Source: Chiloscyllium plagiosum
Taxonomy: Eukaryota
Reading direction: 5' to 3'
Assembly (NCBI RefSeq): GCF_004010195.1
Contig: NC_057719.1
Coordinates: 13,954,511 to 14,008,754, forward strand
Length of the DNA: 54,244 bases
Shown in pieces: positions 49,347-54,244 of this stretch (position 1 is its first letter; each line of letters begins with the position of its first letter). The notes under the pieces were generated by a model. That model was not told where the DNA came from. It worked only from the letters and a program-made list of their open reading frames with translations, and made no database searches. The position numbers and the translations under genes are program-made.

Positions 49347-49802
49347 CACACAAAGATACATTTGGTATCCCTTCCTATTGCAGTCCTGGTTGATCTATCA
49401 TTCAACACTCCAGAGCTACCAAAACAGTTCAACAAACTATGACATTTTTTTTAAAATGTGCCTTTATTTCCAGTGACAGATTACATTCAAGATGGACAGT
49501 ACAAACACAGGCCCCACCCTGAACCTTGTAAATCAAAGAGTGCAGTCTGTGAGGGTGGCACTACCTGTGGGACAGTCATTCTGCCAGCCTCCATGCCATA
49601 GCCTTATCTGTGCCCAAGTATTCATTGAGGTAGGACATACATTGTCCACCAGACTGCAAGAGACTGAACTGTCTATGGTCTGGAGAGCATAGACCTTATG
49701 GGGAATAACATTTACCTTGTTACATTTAACAGGAAGTGATAGGATGGAGCAGGGGTAGTGGTAATGTCACTAGACTGGCACTCCAGGACCTCAGGAAATG
49801 TC

Positions 49803-52800
49803 TTCAGTACTGAGGGAGTGCTGCACTATCAGAGGGTCAGTACTGAGGGAGTACCACACTGTCAAAGGATCCATACTGAGGGAATGCCCACTGTCCCTTA
49901 GTACTGACCCTCTGTCAGTGCGGCACTCTCTCAGTACTGATCCGCTGACAGTGCGGTACTCCTTTAGTACTGACCCTCAAACAGTGCGGCACTCCCTTAG
50001 TATTGACACTCTGTCAGTGCAGGACTCCCTCAGTACTGACCCTCCAAAAGTGCAACACTCCTTCAGTACTGACCCTCTGACAGTGCAGCACTCTCTCAGT
50101 ACTGACCCCCTGACAGTGCAGGACTCCCTCAGTACTGACCCCCTGACAGTGCAGGACTCCCTTAGTATGGACCTTCTGACAGTGCGGCACTCCCTCAGTA
50201 TTGACACTCTGTCAGTGCAGGACTCCCTCAGTACTGACCCTCCAATAGTGCAACACTCCTTCAGTACTGATCCTCTGCCAGTGCAGCACTCCCTCAGTAC
50301 TGACCCTCCAATAGTGCAGCACTCCCTCAGTACTGACCCTCCAATAGTGCAGCACCCCCTCAGTATTGACCCTCAGAAAGTGCAGGACTCCCTCAGTACT
50401 GATCCTCTGACACTGCGGCACTCCGTCAGTACTGACCCTCCAATACTGCAGTACTCAGTACTGATCCTCTGACAGTGCAGCACTCCCTCAGTACTGATCC
50501 TCTGGTAGTACAGTACTCCTTTATTACTGACCCTCTGTCAGTGCGGCACACCCTCAGTACTGATCCTCTGACACTGCGGCACTCCGTCAGTACTGACCCT
50601 CTGACTCCTTTAGTACTGATCCTCTGACAGTGCAGCACTCCCTCAGTACTGACCTTCTGTCACTGCAGCACTCCCTCAGTACTGATCCTCTGACAGTGCT
50701 GTACACCTATATTACTGACCCTCTGTCAGTGCGGCACTCCTTCAGTACTGATCCTCTGACAGCGCGGTACAACTTTAGTACTGACCCTCTGACAGTGCAG
50801 CACTCCCTCAGTACTGACCATCTGTCAGTGCAGGACTTCTTCAGTACTGACCCTCCAATACTGCAGTACTCAGTACTGATCCTCTGACAGTGCAGCACTC
50901 TCTCAGTACTGACACCCTGACAGTGCGGTACTCCTTTATTACTGACCCTCTGTCAGTGCGGCACTCCCTCAGTACTGATCCTCTGACAGTGCGGTACTCC
51001 TTTAGTACTGATCCTGTGACAGTGCGGCACTCCCTCAGTACTGATCCTCAGACAGTGCTTACTCCTTTATTACTGATCTTCTATCACTGCGGCACTCCCT
51101 CAGTACTGATCCTCTGACACTGTGGCACTACCTCAGTACTGATCCTCTACTCCCTCAGTACTGATCCTCTGACACTGTGGCACTACCTCAGTACTGATCC
51201 TCTGACAGTGCATTACTCCTTTAGTACTGACCCTCTGACAGTGCATTACTCCTTTAGTACTGACCCTCTGTCACTGCGGCACTCCCTCAGTACTGATCCT
51301 CTGACAGTGCGGCACTCGCTCAGTACTGAACTTCTGTTACTGCGGCACTCCCTCAGTACTAATCCTCTGACAGTGCGGTACTCATTTAGTACTGACCCTC
51401 AGACAGTGCGCCACTCCCTCAGTACTGACCCTCTGTCAGTGCATGACCCCTCAGTACTGACCCTCTGTCAGTGCAGGACTCCCTCAGTACTAACCCTCCA
51501 ATACTGCAGCAATCAGTACTGACCCCCTGACAATGCAGCACTCTCTCTGTACTGACCCGCTGACAGTGCGGTACTCCTTTATGACTGACCCTCTGACAGT
51601 ACGGCACTCCCTCAGTACTGATCCTCTGACAGTACGGTACACCTTTTGTACAGACCCTCTGACAGTGCGGCACACTCTCAGTACTGATCCTCTGTCAGTG
51701 CGGTATTCCTTTATTACTGACCCTCTGTCAGTGCGGCACTCCCTCAGTACTGATCCTCTGACAGTGCGGTACTACTTTAGTTCTGATCCTCTGACAGTGC
51801 GGCACTCCTTCAGTACTGACCCTCTGTCAGTGCGGTATTCCTTTATGACTGACCGTCTGACAGTGCGGCATTCCCTCAGTACTGATCCTCTGACAGTGCA
51901 GTACACCGTTAGTACTGACCCACTGACAGTGCGGCACTCCCTCAGTACTGACCCTCTGTCAGTGCGGTATTCATTTATTACTGATCCTCTGACAGTGAGC
52001 ACTCCCTCAGTACTGTCCCTCTGTCAGTGCAGTACTTATTTATTACTGACCCTCAGACAGTGCGGCACTCCCTCAGTACTGATCCTCTGACAGCGTGGTA
52101 TTCCTTTAGTACTGACCCTCAGACAGTGCGGCACTCCCTCAGTACTGACCCTCTGTCAGTGCAGTATTCCCTCAGTACTGACCCTCTGACATTGCAGTAC
52201 ACCATTGTACTGACCCCCTGACAGTGCCGCATTCCCTCAGTTCTGACCATCTGACAGTGTAACACCACCTCATACTGACCCCCTGCCAGTGCCACACCCC
52301 CTCAGTTCTGTCCATCTGACAGTCCCCTGCAGTACTGACCCACTGACAGTGCAGCACTCCCTCAGTATTGACCTCCTGACAGTGCAGCACTACCTCAGTA
52401 CTGACCCCCTAACAGTGCCGCACTCCCTCAGTTCTGATCATCTGACAGTCCCCTGCAGTACTGACCCACTGACAGTGCAGCACTCCCTCAGTACTGACCC
52501 CCTGACAGTGCAGCACTACCTCAGTACTGACCCCTAACAGTGCCGCACTCCCTCAGTTCTGATCCTCTGACAGTGTGGTACTCCCTCAGTGCTGGCCCTC
52601 TTACAGTGCTACACTCCCTCAGTGCTGAGCCTCTGACAATACGGCGCTACCTTAGTACAGACCCTCTGACAGTCCAGCATTCCTCTGCATTGATCCATTA
52701 TCTGACCATCTGACAGTCCCCTGCAGTACTGACCCACTGACAGTGCAGTACTCCCTCAGTACTGATCCACAGACAGTGCGGTACTCCCTCAGTACTGATC

Positions 52801-53595
52801 CTCTGACAGTGCGGCACTCCTTCAGTACTGATCCTCCGACAGTGCAGGAGTCCCTCAGTACTGATCCTCTGACAGTGTGGTACTGCTTCAGTACAGACCC
52901 TCCATCATTTCAGCACTCCCTCAATTTCCCTCTGATAGTGCAGAGCTCCCTCAGTACTGACCCTCTGACAGTGTAGTGCTCCCTCAATACTAAACCTCTA
53001 ACAGTGTGGCACTCCCTCAATACTGACCCTTTAACAGTGTTGTACTTCCTCAGTAGTGACCCTCCATCAGCGCAGTGCTCCCTCAGTACAGACAATCTGA
53101 TAGTGCTATACTCCCTCAGCACTGATCCTCTGACAGTGCGGTACTCCCTCAGTACTGACCCTCTGTCAGTGCAGTACTCCCTCAGTACTGACCCTCTGAT
53201 AGTGCAGTACTCCCTCAGCACTGATCCTCCGACAGTGCGATACTCCCTCAGTACTGATCCTCTGACAGTGCGGCACTCCCTCAGTACTGATCCTCTGACA
53301 GTGCAGTATTCCCTCAGTATTGATCTTCTGACAGTGCGGCACTCCTTCAGTACTGATCCACCGACAGTGCGGTACTCCCTCAGTACTGACCCTCTGACAG
53401 TGCGGTACTCCCTCAGTATTGATCCTCTGACAGTGTGGTACTCCCTCAGTGCTGGCCCTCTTACAGTGCTACCCTCCCTCAGTGCTGAGCCTCTGACAAT
53501 ACGGCGCTACCTTAGTACTGACCCTCTGACAGTACTGCACTCCCTTGGTATTGACCCTGTGATTGTGTAGCACTCCCTCAGCACTAACCCTCCAA
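49803..53595. repeat. 33-bp tandem satellite (consensus approx. CACTCCCTCAGTACTGACCCTCTGACAGTGCGG), roughly 110-115 units
   Basis: Direct inspection; 11-residue periodicity (HSLSTDPLTVR) in the ORF track. Confidence 0.97.
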
Positions 53596-53880
53596 CATGG
53601 TAGATGACAAAATTTAAATCCAATCAAATGTGCAATAAAGGGCTGGCTGAAGGACAACAGTGTATTGTTGTCAACACTGTAAATTGTTGTAAAAATCCAT
53701 CTTTTCACTAATGTGGTTTTGGGATGGAAAATCTGCTGTGTTCATCTGCTCTGGCCTACATGTAACTCCAGACCTGCAGCAATGGGGTTGTTTCATAATC
53801 ACCCTCAGAGCAATTAGGGATGGTCAATAGATTCTGACTTAGCCAGTGATGACCATCTCCCGTGAACTGATTAAAAACAA
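53590..53880 (+). mobile_element. Second-family SINE 3' part (its 5' head lies at ~49748-49802)
   Basis: Homologous to 28010-28245; the head TAGTGGTAATGTCACTAGAC lies on the other side of the satellite. Confidence 0.7.
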
Positions 53881-53917
53881 CAACCTTTTCTGTTTTATTA
53901 TCGGGATTGCCATCCTT

Positions 53918-54244
53918 TAGAATATAGAACATAGAACAGTACAGCACAGAACAGGCCCTTCAGCTCACGATGTTGTGCCGACCACTGATCCTCATGTATG
54001 CACCCTCAAATTTCTGTGACCATATGTATGTCGAGGAGTCTCTTAAATGTCCCCAATGACCCTGCTTCCACAACTGCTGCTGGCAACGCATTGCATGCTC
54101 TCACAACTCTCTGTGCAAAGAACCCACCTCTGACATCCCCTCTATACTTTCCTCCAACCAGCTTAAAACTATGACCCCTCGTGTTAATCATTTCTGCCCT
54201 GGGAAATAGTCTCTGGCTATCAACTCTATCTATGCCTCTCATTA
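53918..54244 (-). mobile_element. CR1-type LINE 3' end (runs off window end)
   Basis: ORF 54006-54242 (TRGHSFKL, FFAQRVV..NALP); (TTCTATG)-like tail. Confidence 0.9.

Noticed and set aside
49798..53570. Long ORFs (up to 224 aa) in the repeat
   Set aside because: They are a by-product of a stop-poor unit whose length is divisible by 3, with frequent frameshifts and stops.
49803..53595. CRISPR-like array of palindromic ~33-bp repeats
   Set aside because: Units are contiguous with no unique spacers, there are no cas genes, and the context is vertebrate.

Overview
Eukaryotic, repeat-dominated, apparently non-genic (intergenic or intronic) DNA. It is very probably from an elasmobranch (shark), inferred from HE1-type V-SINEs and HER1/CR1 LINEs. 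No intact host protein-coding gene can be supported: the long ORFs are fragments of CR1-type, Rex1/Babar-like and Penelope (GIY-YIG) retroelements, or artefacts of a 33-bp tandem repeat. Other contents are many SINEs of at least three families, a solo LTR with a 4-bp TSD, a degenerate tRNA-Thr(TGT), a ~3.8-kb 33-bp satellite inserted inside a SINE, two N gaps, and a few unique islands that may be regulatory. The most interesting signal is at least four distinct Penelope-like families, each carrying a minimal type I hammerhead ribozyme with covarying helix II and a palindromic helix III. They are inserted as short, often inverted or hairpin-shaped copies flanked by 11-16 bp target-site duplications. 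Hammerheads in Penelope elements are already known. The insertion geometry and the clustering of 5' ends at the ribozyme are the parts worth testing. Boundaries of old repeats were read by eye and are approximate.
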